Below are positions 18,634 through 28,800 of a DNA stretch of 64,000 nucleotides, piece after piece; the stretch's first letter is position 1; every line of letters starts with the position of its first letter. The notes beneath the pieces are model-generated. The model was not told the DNA's origin, did not search any database, and worked only from the letters and a program-made list of their open reading frames with translations. Origin of the DNA: Candidatus Poseidoniaceae archaeon (lineage in GTDB: Archaea; Thermoplasmatota; Poseidoniia; Poseidoniales; Poseidoniaceae); the NCBI GenBank assembly GCA_049438185.1, contig JBMTJI010000003.1, positions 64,544 through 128,543 on the forward strand. The letters run 5' to 3'. The position numbers and the translations under genes are program-made.

Positions 18634-19164
18634 TGTCTGTCGAACGATGAGGGCTGCAAGAATCACCAGGATAACGAAGATGCTCATCCATGCTGGAAGT
18701 AAGAGCGTATTCTCTTTCACGAAAGGCAGGAATTCGGTGAGTGAATCAGCTCTGGTATAGGTTCCTCCAAGTGATGCGGTAAGGAGCATACATCCTGTTG
18801 AGATGGAGCCAAAGGCATTGTGGAGGTGCCGAGACGCATTGTCATTGCCCATCCTCCAGCGTGTGAACAGAACACCTAGAGCAAGTCCTCCTCCTGCCGT
18901 CGAAAGGAGCATCTTATTGGCAAGAAGGGGCGATGTATGGGCTCCACTCGGAGATGCTCCAAGGCCCGAGAGAATCGCAAATGGTAAGGCGAGAAGTCCA
19001 AACAGCAATGCAATATGCGCAGTTGAATCCATCATTGTGATGAATTGACTCTCCTTGTTTTGGAACGTGAGAAGCGAATGCAAAACAAAACACAGACCTG
19101 CGAGAGCAAACGATCCTACAACGAGTTCGGTTGTCATAACATGGAAGGTGGCGGATTCAATCAT
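18613..19164 (-). CDS. hypothetical membrane protein (about 5 TM helices)
   Basis: The protein is hydrophobic throughout. The start is ATG. The 3' end overlaps the upstream convergent gene by 21 nt. Confidence 0.5.
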   Translation of the reverse strand: MIESATFHVMTTELVVGSFALAGLCFVLHSLLTFQNKESQFITMMDSTAHIALLFGLLALPFAILSGLGASPSGAHTSPLLANKMLLSTAGGGLALGVLFTRWRMGNDNASRHLHNAFGSISTGCMLLTASLGGTYTRADSLTEFLPFVKENTLLLPAWMSIFVILVILAALIVRQTSAIKHG

Positions 19165-20120
19165 ATGCTCTCCTCCACATACTGCTTGAATTCATCTTCA
19201 TTTTGTTTGGGCTTTCGAACCAAGAGAACCAACCCAAAGAAGAGGACGAGATGTGCTATCGATTGAAGCAGTAAAGCTGTTTCATCAGCTTCCCATGTAG
19301 GTTCAACACTCGCAAGTGAGAACCATGGCGTTGTTTGTTGAGGCCCTTCTCCATCCAATATTGCTCGCCATTCGATCGTTGATGCTGTTAATGCGGATGG
19401 TAATTCAGCCTGCCAGCATCCATTGTTTTGTGTTGTCTCAAGTTGAAAGGCTTGCCCAGATGGTTCTCTCCATTCGATGACCACGTCGCTTGCTGCAATC
19501 GTTTCGAGGCACAGATTTGTTGATTGGCCGATTTCTCTCGAGGTTGGTGGTTCATAATCTGGATTGATGCGTTGGAGATTTTCTGGAATAGGCTCAACTG
19601 TTATCGAGAACGCTTGAGAAACGCCGAAGAAAGGGCTGCCGGCATCGCTTCCTGAGTTGTCTCCATGGTGGACTGAAACATAGAGCGTTTTCTCGCCAAT
19701 CTGATCTGCTCGAAGAATCCAGGCATGTGTTAATGTCGTTGAATCGATCGATGCGTACTCGATGTAATTGTTTGAACCACCCATGCCATCGGAGAGAATG
19801 CTCCATCCATCCGTTGTTGGAATATCTCCATTTGCATTGGTCGAGGAAAGGAGGAAGATTCCAATTTGATCAATATTGTGCGAAGTATCGAAACCTGTAA
19901 TCTGAACCGTGATTTCAGCAGGCTGTCCAACCCAAACTGTCCCTGATTGTTGCAGACTTAATTGTAAATTTGACGTCGCATTCTGATTCGCATCACCGTG
20001 ACAGGCTCCTCCACATTGCATATTTTCAAGGCCGTTACCAACGCCACCAGGATTCCCACTAACGTGAAGAGGCACAAGAAGAGATATGGCAAGAAGAAGG
20101 ACAAGTTTCTGTTTCATCAT
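19161..20120 (-). CDS. secreted, C-terminally membrane-anchored protein with N-proximal CGGACHG motif
   Basis: The signal peptide is MMKQKLVLLLAISLLVPLHVSG. MQCGGACHG follows immediately after the cleavage region. The C-terminal TM is LLLQSIAHLVLFFGLVLLV, followed by a short acidic tail. The stop/start overlap with the upstream gene is 4 nt (ATGA). Confidence 0.6.
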   Translation of the reverse strand: MMKQKLVLLLAISLLVPLHVSGNPGGVGNGLENMQCGGACHGDANQNATSNLQLSLQQSGTVWVGQPAEITVQITGFDTSHNIDQIGIFLLSSTNANGDIPTTDGWSILSDGMGGSNNYIEYASIDSTTLTHAWILRADQIGEKTLYVSVHHGDNSGSDAGSPFFGVSQAFSITVEPIPENLQRINPDYEPPTSREIGQSTNLCLETIAASDVVIEWREPSGQAFQLETTQNNGCWQAELPSALTASTIEWRAILDGEGPQQTTPWFSLASVEPTWEADETALLLQSIAHLVLFFGLVLLVRKPKQNEDEFKQYVEESI

Positions 20121-22630
20121 GCATCACCTCGACGTAACAGATTCGCCACAAACAAGAGAATCCCAACTATGACGTAAACCGAACCTAACCCCAATCCTGC
20201 AAGCGAGGATGGTCCTTGCTCAATCTCGACGGATGCCGATTCAATCACAACATCAACGGCTGGGGATTGGCAAGATGATTCCAGGATTCGATCACCGAGA
20301 ATGGTTTGGATTTGATACGATGAAGTGCCCACCAAACTCGGTGAATCATTGAACGTCGTTTCATTCGTTATCCCGATAACGACCCCATTCCGTGTAAGTT
20401 CAAAAGAGGCAGAAACCGGGGAAGTCCATGTCCAATCGAGTTGAACATCGCTACCAGATACGGTTTGTACAAAATTCGGACACGCCAAAGCAGGAAGTGA
20501 ATCGAGTATTCGAGACGTGGTATTTGTTGCTCCAGATTCATCGGTAACGATGAGCGTTACCTCAGTGGAACCGCTCATTGGCATGAGGAATGAGGCTTCG
20601 TGTCCGGATCCAATCCCATCCGTCCAAATCCACTGGTACCGAACAATAGCATTGTCCGGATCCGTTGAATCAAGACCTGAAAGGGTCACTCGCTCTCCAG
20701 CATAGAGTGCATCGGTATGGACGGTAATCTGAGCACGTGGTGGAGCGTTCTCGATGATGATTGAGGTTGTGGAAAGAACAGAGGATTCACCATCTGTAGC
20801 AACCACTTCGACACTCCATTCTTGTCCAGGACCAAGATATGAGGCCGGTACGTTGGTTGCATCATCGAGTGACCCCTCCCTGAATCCATTTCGGAACCAA
20901 GTAATGGATTCAATCTGAGTTGAATCTCCGTCAAGGTCAGAAAGGATAGTCTGAACCGATAAGTCATCTTGAGAGGTCACAGCATCATCAAGGACGAGTG
21001 AGAGAACCGGGTCTGAATTGAGAATGGTTGCAGAGAGCGTTTCACTTTGTGGACTCATCGATTCTCCATCATGAGCTTGTACAACTGCAGTCCAAACATC
21101 ACCCTTCTGGGTCACAGCAGATGGAAGTGTGGCTTGATTGCTGTATTCAGTTTGAATCTCCCCATTCTGGTACCAAACGATGCTCATGGTAAGTGCATCA
21201 CCATCAACATCACTCATTGTTGAATTCAAGGTAATGTCTTGATCGGTCAAAACCTCTGAGGCACTCATGGATGCGGATTCTAAAACGGGTGGAGTGTTCT
21301 CAATCTCGATGCTTGATGAGGCGACCCATGACGACCAGTCTGTGCCGTCATTCACACGAATCTCGACCACCCAATTATCGCCTTTACTCGTCATTGACGA
21401 TTCAAGTGTAGAGGTTGAACTTGTTGTCAACACTCCATTTTTCCACCAGCGGTATTGCGTGTCTACAATAGGATCCATATCGACATCTGAGGAAGTTGAT
21501 GATGCGAGAAGCGATTCAGAAGTTTGAGGACTCGCTGGAGAGATTGTTACGCTATCGACCGTTGGTGGGTTGTTCGTCGTTTGTTCTTCAATCAAAATCG
21601 TGTTTGAACGAACCCAATCAGAATGCCCTTCTCCGTCAAAGGCTCGAACTTCAACCTCCCAAGAATCACCAGGCCGAGTCGCAATGGACGGAAGCGTTGT
21701 AAGGTTCTCCAAACTATTCTGCAATGCTCCATCAAGGTACCATCGGTACTCGAATGTGAGTGCATCATTATCGCCATCTTCGTCTCCAGAATAAGATGCT
21801 GTTAGATCATCGTCTGAGGTAGGATTTGCTGGTGATAAAATTGCAGAAGAAATTGATGGAAGTGAATTTGCCACAGTGATTGTGTTCGAACTCACTGTAG
21901 TTCCGAAATCTTCCCCGTCACTCGGTCTTACCGATGCCTGCCAATCCTCACCACGGACTGTATCAACGCTTGAAATTGTGAGTAGCCCATCATACTGTGC
22001 TTGATGTGCGCCATTTTTTGACCATTGTATCGTCGTTCCAGATTCTGTATCACCGCTGTCCTGATCTGAGAATGTGTAGGTAAGGGAGAGGTCATCGCTT
22101 GATGTTGCTCCTGTTGGGGAAATTTGGACGTCGGATGCAACGGGGGGATTGTTGGTCTCGACGACCGTTTCAGTGATTGTTAGTGCTGATGTAGACCAAG
22201 CATCTCCACTGTTTCCACTTCCACCGTTTGCAGTTAACCCTGCAATGTTGACTGTGACTGTTCCGCTACCAGCAGAAGGGGCTGTCCAATCGAATGTCCA
22301 TGAGCGGCTTCCACTGTTTGAATGTGTGATGGATGTTCCACTGACCTTGACAGATGAACTTCCACCTGTCGAGAAGGAGCCTTTGTCGACTACGACATTG
22401 AACCCACCTTTGGAATTTGAGATGCTGCTGGAGACTGAGAGTTGAATTGTGTAGGTCTGGCCAGCAGTGTAGGAGGAGGGGAAGTTCTCTGAAATGGATA
22501 CTGAAGCACCACTTCCATGACAACCACACCCTCCGGATGAATTGTGTTTACCATTCGAGTTCGCTTCGATCATTGGCGAGAGCATCACCATTGCAACAAC
22601 GGCTGAAAGAAGAATGGCTTTCAATTGCAT
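20117..22630 (-). CDS. surface protein (837 aa) with N-proximal GGCGCHG motif and about 6 tandem roughly 95-aa Ig-like repeats, C-terminal TM anchor
   Basis: There is a signal peptide, then NSSGGCGCHGSG. The repeats are W(x)NG...(K/P)GDxWxxxVxAxDGE (WSKNGAHQ..., WYLDGALQ..., WWKNGVLT..., WYQNGEIQ..., WFRNGFRE...). The C-terminal TM is GLGLGSVYVIVGILLFVANLL. Confidence 0.7.
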   Translation of the reverse strand: MQLKAILLSAVVAMVMLSPMIEANSNGKHNSSGGCGCHGSGASVSISENFPSSYTAGQTYTIQLSVSSSISNSKGGFNVVVDKGSFSTGGSSSVKVSGTSITHSNSGSRSWTFDWTAPSAGSGTVTVNIAGLTANGGSGNSGDAWSTSALTITETVVETNNPPVASDVQISPTGATSSDDLSLTYTFSDQDSGDTESGTTIQWSKNGAHQAQYDGLLTISSVDTVRGEDWQASVRPSDGEDFGTTVSSNTITVANSLPSISSAILSPANPTSDDDLTASYSGDEDGDNDALTFEYRWYLDGALQNSLENLTTLPSIATRPGDSWEVEVRAFDGEGHSDWVRSNTILIEEQTTNNPPTVDSVTISPASPQTSESLLASSTSSDVDMDPIVDTQYRWWKNGVLTTSSTSTLESSMTSKGDNWVVEIRVNDGTDWSSWVASSSIEIENTPPVLESASMSASEVLTDQDITLNSTMSDVDGDALTMSIVWYQNGEIQTEYSNQATLPSAVTQKGDVWTAVVQAHDGESMSPQSETLSATILNSDPVLSLVLDDAVTSQDDLSVQTILSDLDGDSTQIESITWFRNGFREGSLDDATNVPASYLGPGQEWSVEVVATDGESSVLSTTSIIIENAPPRAQITVHTDALYAGERVTLSGLDSTDPDNAIVRYQWIWTDGIGSGHEASFLMPMSGSTEVTLIVTDESGATNTTSRILDSLPALACPNFVQTVSGSDVQLDWTWTSPVSASFELTRNGVVIGITNETTFNDSPSLVGTSSYQIQTILGDRILESSCQSPAVDVVIESASVEIEQGPSSLAGLGLGSVYVIVGILLFVANLLRRGDA

Positions 22631-22687
22631 GATGAAAAATAATGCTATACTCGTTAAGAATGTTCGTTCCTAACGACAGAAAATTTC

Positions 22688-24832
22688 TCAATAATCAAAC
22701 AAGGTTGGCTGAGGCGTTGAAGATTTATTTTCAGACGAATTGTCGGAATTTGACAAACGCAGTAAGAGGGTTTCTTCATTCCAAATTTGAACATTCAAGG
22801 ATTCTGCTTTAGCAAATTTCGAACCAGCATTTTCTCCTGCTACGAGCACGGATAGATTTCCTGAAACGCTACTTACCACTTTACCTCCGGCAGCCTTGAT
22901 TCGAGCTTGAATACTTTTTCTCGATTCAGAGAGTGTGCCTGTTACACAAAACGTCATCCCTTCGAATGGCCCTCCTGCAACAATCTGAGTTTCCTCGTGG
23001 ATGTTCAGAAGGGATAGAAGATCGATAACGAAGGCCTTTCGAAGTTGAATTCCATCACGTAATTGCAAGGCGACGATTTCTCCAACTCCATCAATGGTTG
23101 TTAATTCGGCCATTCGAGAATCGTCCGAAAGGCTGTCCTCAACCCACTTCAACAGTTGTTCTGGTCGATGGAAATGATTTGAAATGGCTGCTGCAAGTTC
23201 CGGCCCAATGCCCGGTAAACCAAGTGCGCTCAGAAATTTGGAGAAGGTCATCGAACGACTCTTCATGATTTCACTCAGAACATTGTCAGCAGATTTTTGT
23301 CCCATTCTGTCTAGTGAAAGCAACATACGTTCATCAAGGCGATACAAATCTGGAATGCTCAAAAGATGTCCCGCATCGATGAGTTGTTCGACAAGTTTCT
23401 CACCAATACCGTCCATTTCCAATGCGCGACAGTAGTACAGAATGCTTCGTCCCAATCGTGCTGAACACTGAACATCAATGCAGCGAATGAATGCACCTTC
23501 AATCTCGATGGCTCCATCGCAAGCAGGGCAGGTTTCTGGTGGAGTAATCGCTCGACGTTGTGGAAGTTCGCCTTGGAATGACACACCATCAGCATGGATT
23601 CTTCCTTCAATGTCCTGTTGATTTGCAGCCCCAAGACTTGCTTCAATCTTAGGGATGACGTCGCCTCGACGTACGATTCGAACCCTGTCGCCAATTTGAA
23701 TGCCAAGTCGCTCAACCTCCCCGAGGTTGTGAAGGGTCGTGTTCTCAACCGTTACGCCGCCAACACGTTGAGGGGCTATTCGAGCAACAGGCGTTATTGT
23801 ACCGGTTCGTCCTGTTTGCCAGTCAACATCAAGAAGAACAGATGTGGCTTCTTCCGGAGGGAATTTCCATGCAAGAGCCCAACGCGGATGATGTGCTGTC
23901 ATACCAAGCAAGTCTCGCTTCTCAAGGTCGTCAACTTTGAACACCAGTCCATCGATTTCAAAACCATACGTCTCACGTTCTTGGCTCCATTTTTGAGTCT
24001 CTTGACAAAGGGAAGCAATGGATGCAATCTCTGTATCTGAATCATGAACAACCCATGGTGCTGGTTCGACCCCAGCTACGTTGCTCAGCCATTCAAGGAT
24101 TAAACTGTCAAAGGATTCTGTTGGAGGTGTCTCAGCGTCTGGATGACGATGTACTTCACTCGGAAACTTGGCATCGTATGCAAGGAACACGAGATCGCTT
24201 GCATCGGCTTTTCCATCGGCATTTTTCTGACGAAGAGCCCCTGCTGCAAGATTACGAGGATTTGGAGAAATATCACGATACTTTTCTTCAAAGACAGATT
24301 TTCTCATCACAACTTCGCCTCGGATATGAACATCGACCTCCCTGCCAAGCATGTTTGGAACGTTCTCAACCTTACGAGCGTTCTTGGTGACATCTTCCCC
24401 ACGATCTCCACTACCTCGCGTTGATGCTCGAACAAGACGTCCCTTTCTGTATTCCAGAGAAAGGGCTGAACCGTCTAGCTTTGGTTGAGAAAGAAAACGG
24501 GTTGATTCAAGTGAGGATTCTTTCACAAAATGAGCGATATCTTCGTCACTTGTACCTTTGTTGAGTGAACGCATTGGGAACATGTGATCGACTTTGACCG
24601 TGCCAGGATCGATTTCTGCTCCAACGCGTTGCAGTTGTGGGTGGCCAGGTTCAAGTTGCTTAAGCTCGTCCCATAATGCATCAAATTCAGCGTCTGAGAT
24701 TTCATTCCTGGCCTGGTTGTAGTACAAATCTGAATGGTATGCAATTTGTTCCGCTAGCCATGCAACGCGGCTCTGGTTGGAAGAGGAATCTTCGCCACTC
24801 TGAGCCATGATAAACCACCAGGTTGACCCCAT
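22688..24832 (-). CDS. ligA: NAD+-dependent DNA ligase LigA
   Basis: The adenylation motif is KLDG. The N-terminal Ia-like region is AEFDALWDELKQLE. The Cys4 zinc finger is CPACDGAIEIEGAFIRCIDVQC. HhH repeats and a C-terminal BRCT-like region are present. The start is ATG 24832; an alternative ATG lies at 24808. Confidence 0.9.
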   Translation of the reverse strand: MGSTWWFIMAQSGEDSSSNQSRVAWLAEQIAYHSDLYYNQARNEISDAEFDALWDELKQLEPGHPQLQRVGAEIDPGTVKVDHMFPMRSLNKGTSDEDIAHFVKESSLESTRFLSQPKLDGSALSLEYRKGRLVRASTRGSGDRGEDVTKNARKVENVPNMLGREVDVHIRGEVVMRKSVFEEKYRDISPNPRNLAAGALRQKNADGKADASDLVFLAYDAKFPSEVHRHPDAETPPTESFDSLILEWLSNVAGVEPAPWVVHDSDTEIASIASLCQETQKWSQERETYGFEIDGLVFKVDDLEKRDLLGMTAHHPRWALAWKFPPEEATSVLLDVDWQTGRTGTITPVARIAPQRVGGVTVENTTLHNLGEVERLGIQIGDRVRIVRRGDVIPKIEASLGAANQQDIEGRIHADGVSFQGELPQRRAITPPETCPACDGAIEIEGAFIRCIDVQCSARLGRSILYYCRALEMDGIGEKLVEQLIDAGHLLSIPDLYRLDERMLLSLDRMGQKSADNVLSEIMKSRSMTFSKFLSALGLPGIGPELAAAISNHFHRPEQLLKWVEDSLSDDSRMAELTTIDGVGEIVALQLRDGIQLRKAFVIDLLSLLNIHEETQIVAGGPFEGMTFCVTGTLSESRKSIQARIKAAGGKVVSSVSGNLSVLVAGENAGSKFAKAESLNVQIWNEETLLLRLSNSDNSSENKSSTPQPTLFDY

Positions 24833-25273
24833 TTAAGGTTCATGATTTTGCAATTTAAGTTCAACAAACTCTCCATCGACCATCGGGCAACGAGTCATGA
24901 CAATTTTTGACATGATGCGCATATGAATCTCTGCTACGACAAAGACGGTTGCTTCGAACATATGTCCTGATTTTGTTACGAAATCGTCGTCGGCAAATGT
25001 GGCATGAAGATGTGTGAAAGCCGAACCATCTTGATGTCGAGCAAGATTGCCTTGAAGCGTAACGAGTTCTGCAGGTTGTTCGAGGGTTCGACGATGATAT
25101 GTGAACGTGTCATCCATGTAACCAAATGTTGAGTTCATCGTCCGTCCGATTCCACTTGTAATCACTGCCCCGTTGATACCCAGTTCATCCGCAAGTTGAC
25201 GCAAGGAGGCATGAATCTCTTCGCCAGGTTCAAGGACAACAACAACATCATCTCCACTACGCGCCCATTCCAT
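24833..25273 (-). CDS. PPC/DUF296-domain protein
   Basis: VVVLEPGEEIHASLRQLADELGINGAVITSGIGR is typical of the PPC (plants-and-prokaryotes-conserved) domain. The gene abuts ligA on the same strand. Confidence 0.6.
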   Translation of the reverse strand: MEWARSGDDVVVVLEPGEEIHASLRQLADELGINGAVITSGIGRTMNSTFGYMDDTFTYHRRTLEQPAELVTLQGNLARHQDGSAFTHLHATFADDDFVTKSGHMFEATVFVVAEIHMRIMSKIVMTRCPMVDGEFVELKLQNHEP

Positions 25274-25313
25274 GGTGTGAACACATCAAGGAATCACTTA
25301 GCCATACCTCTCA

Positions 25314-25841
25314 TCATTCCTCTTGGCCGGGATGAAGGATTTCGATGATTCTCTCTGCTGCGATATCAAGGTCGCTGCGATCGCCCCCAAGTGGCAGAGG
25401 CCCAAATGGGCCCCAGCCCTTTCGTAGCAACATAATTCGGTGCTTTGGTTGACGTTTAGGAAGCACGAGGCGAGACCACTCGTAACGTTGCCCATCTGCA
25501 AAGAGATGAGTTGATGTAACAGCATACCGTTTCGGGACCAATAACGAAATGATGTGCAATCCGAGCAATACATCCCAGAGAATAACGTAGATGATGGGGG
25601 TGTTTGAGAATGAAGCGAATCCCCAGGGTAATGCCATCATAGCTGCCATTGAACCTAAATTCGCCCATTGACGAAACATCTCATGGTTCCGTTCACTTTT
25701 CCATGCAAAGCCATTGTTGGAAAGATGTCCAAATTGTGGAATATCTCGATGTTGGCGTGTGAGCCACCATGCATCCCATGCGACAATGACGCCGAGAATG
25801 AGAACCATAGCGATAGCAACTGGTTCCGCACTCGGTAGCAT
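25314..25841 (-). CDS. hypothetical membrane protein
   Basis: The start is ATG. Four hydrophobic helices are predicted. No domain was recognised. Confidence 0.5.
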   Translation of the reverse strand: MLPSAEPVAIAMVLILGVIVAWDAWWLTRQHRDIPQFGHLSNNGFAWKSERNHEMFRQWANLGSMAAMMALPWGFASFSNTPIIYVILWDVLLGLHIISLLVPKRYAVTSTHLFADGQRYEWSRLVLPKRQPKHRIMLLRKGWGPFGPLPLGGDRSDLDIAAERIIEILHPGQEE

Positions 25842-25850
25842 TCATCCACC

Positions 25851-28800
25851 TCAAAGCATTCGTTCATCGATTTCGCCCAAAGACTTAGGCCCACCGCCAC
25901 GAACACGAACAAAGAAGATGATGAGAACGGCGATGAGAATTGAACCGATCAGAATCAATGGTGTTGTCGAATCTTCCGATTCACCAAGGGAGGTTCCCTC
26001 GAGTTCGTCAGGGATACCATCTCCATCGTCGTCCTGATCTTCAAAAAGCAAGGTCGATGCCCCGGGTGGGCATTGAATTCGATCAGGTTGGCCGTCCTCA
26101 TCCGTATCAATCCAAGCGCATGGATCCTTTGGCCAGACATCATTTTCATCAAGACGACCGTCATTATCGTCATCTGGATCGTAAATATCAGGTCCGCATT
26201 GCAACCCCTTGGTCGCATCAAACCAGGTTTCTGAACTGCATGTGGAAACCCAATCTCCATCCGTATCGAGTTGGGTAATTTCGATGTCAACTTCCGCAGT
26301 TGTCGACAAACCAAGGTCGTCCGTGGCCGTTAATTGAAGAACAAAGAGACCGGTGTCCGATAAGGTGACATTAAATGTCGTCGATGTCGCAACCCCTTCT
26401 TTGACAAGTTGATTTTGAGCATCGAAGATCTTCCACGTTAGAACAATGTCAGACAATTCAGTGGTGTCATCCAAAACCGTCATAGCAATCTCAACTGGTA
26501 TTGTTTCCATATACCTCTGTCCAGAGAAGGGCGATTGAATAGAGAGGGCTGGTGCGGCATTGGCGAGAAGAGAAATCTGTACATTTTGTAGAGAGCCTGG
26601 GCCGATAGAAAAGGTATGGTTTGTTGGAAGGCTTTGTGATGAAACGACGTCGACCATTGCTTCTGTGATCGACGAGGAGCCATCAGAGGTTGTTCGTTCA
26701 TGAAGTAATTCAACATCGACAAACATTCCAGAAAAATCGGTTGGAGAATTCAGCAAAGCCGAGGTCAGTGAGTAAGAAGCATCGACAACTTCACCGTTAA
26801 GCAAGGCATGAAGCGAATGCGTTGACCATTCGTTGAGTAAACCGGTTGAATCAATTGTTTCTGCACCAATGATCGTTGAATCAACAATATTAACGGTACT
26901 GCTAGCAATCGAAATGTCGCCATTAACCGATGATGATTCAATGCGAGTATCGAAGAATTCCACCGATAAAGCCTCAACGGAATCAATGGAAATGTTTCTC
27001 ATCATGGCAGGTGCTGGATCTTCGAAATCGTGAGCATGAAGTTTGAGGCCGACCGAATAGCCTGTAATCTGAATTTCTTCGCCAACAACAGGGTCAGATA
27101 ATCCGTGCCGTATGGTCAAACCAGTACCTGAATTATCTCCCTCTAGAACAATGTCGTTCATCTCGCCTGAAGTCTCGTCAAGATCAATTCCCGGGGCTCC
27201 ATAGACGGTGAGATTGTTTAGAACAATCCCTTCAGACATGAAGACAAACACGCCTCCAGTGTCCCCAGAATGGATGATTGAGTCTTCGAGTTTGAAACCA
27301 TCTTCAATGGACTGCATTCGAACCACATAATCGCCATCAAACAATGACGATTGGATACCGGTTACTTGGCCGGAAGTACCTGTTAAATCAATGCCGTCAT
27401 CGAGTCCTGCTTCGAGGGTGATGCCCTGAATATCAATTGAAGAAAGGCGTGCCCAAAGGCCATCTCCATTGCAATCAGAGAGTGTGATGTCCTGAAGAAC
27501 AATGGTTGCATCTGGGCTTTGACTTTGGATGCACCTCGAACCTGCATCGCGTAATTCTGAATCGATTAGTGTTAGCGATGATTGAGAAGATGCATAGATG
27601 TTGATGAGAGGATCAGCTCCTGCGGAGCGAGCGAATGAAGCCCCTTGTGCACTGACTTCACCACGACCTGCCATGGTGATGAGTGGTGAACCTTCAGCCA
27701 GAAGTGTTCCAGACAAATCTATCCTCGAGCCGATGATTCCATCCATCATGAATCCGCCCCACCGGGCTCCGAATCCTGTTGAGGAAATGGTGGCCTCACC
27801 TGATTCAAAAACACCTTGTACATCGATAATAGCATTTGATGCGATGCGTAACTCGACGCCATCATTGACTGTCATTCTCGTGTTCGATGCAATAGTCAAA
27901 TCACTCTCAAGTCGATAGGGGCTCCACGTCTCCTCGAGGATGAGCCACGACGTTATTGTCCCAGTTGGTACCGTGGACGCCATGAACGTGTGCGACGTCG
28001 ACTGTTGTGCATTCCAGGCATAGAATTCGGTAAACGAGCCTATTTGCATGGTAACGGTTTTTGTTCCCTCTTGGACATCGCCTTGTGAATTGACTGTACG
28101 AGCAGTTGTTTGTGCAGTCGCTTGACCCAACGAATCTGTCTGAACAGTCTGACCATCGACAATAATGGTTGCCGCTTCAACCGGATATCCTTTGTCTAAG
28201 ACTTCAATATCAAGGGTTGATATCAACGAAAATGAAGCGCTTGAACCAACGGATATGGCTTCACTCGCCTGGCCACCAATCATCTCAACTTCACAAAGTG
28301 GAGCAAGTGAAATCGTTGACATAAAACGGATGTTCGCGATATTTTGAGCTTGTGAACACGACCATTGTACAGGTGATTGGAGTTCCAACCCTTGCCCTTC
28401 TGAAACCAGCGTTGATTGCACGCTCATGGTCAAGGATGAGGCGTTGAGGATTCCATTGTCGCCAGTAAGCGTCCCCGACGCTCCCAAATCGACTGAGGAG
28501 GAGGCGTCGACGATGAGCATTGTATCGATCAATTTGAGATGCGAGTTGGAACCAAACGTCAGGTCTCCATTCAATTGGTGTGGTTGGCCGTCTGGACGTG
28601 CCCCCAAGACGACCGTGGAAGAAGAAGGAAGATTCCAGTTTCCTTCAGGAAGGGTAATGATTTGAACGGTTTGGCCTTGTTGATTTCCATACAATTCTGT
28701 GCTTACACCCTGACCATCATACAACACTTCGACGATTGAACCCGATGAAAGAAGTGGTAGTAAGGCAATGCCATTTGAATCTGCAGTCGATTCGAAGCCA

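Noticed and set aside
19161-22630. C-x-x-C-H heme c attachment sites in the 319-aa and 837-aa proteins
   Set aside because: The spacing is CX3CH and CXCH, not canonical CXXCH. I kept it as a finding about a conserved C..CHG motif but rejected calling these proteins c-type cytochromes.
22770-22800. TTCAAAT-containing segment and other isolated T-loop-like heptamers (for example near 63935) as extra tRNAs
   Set aside because: No flanking T-stem or acceptor pairing could be built. They lie inside CDSs.
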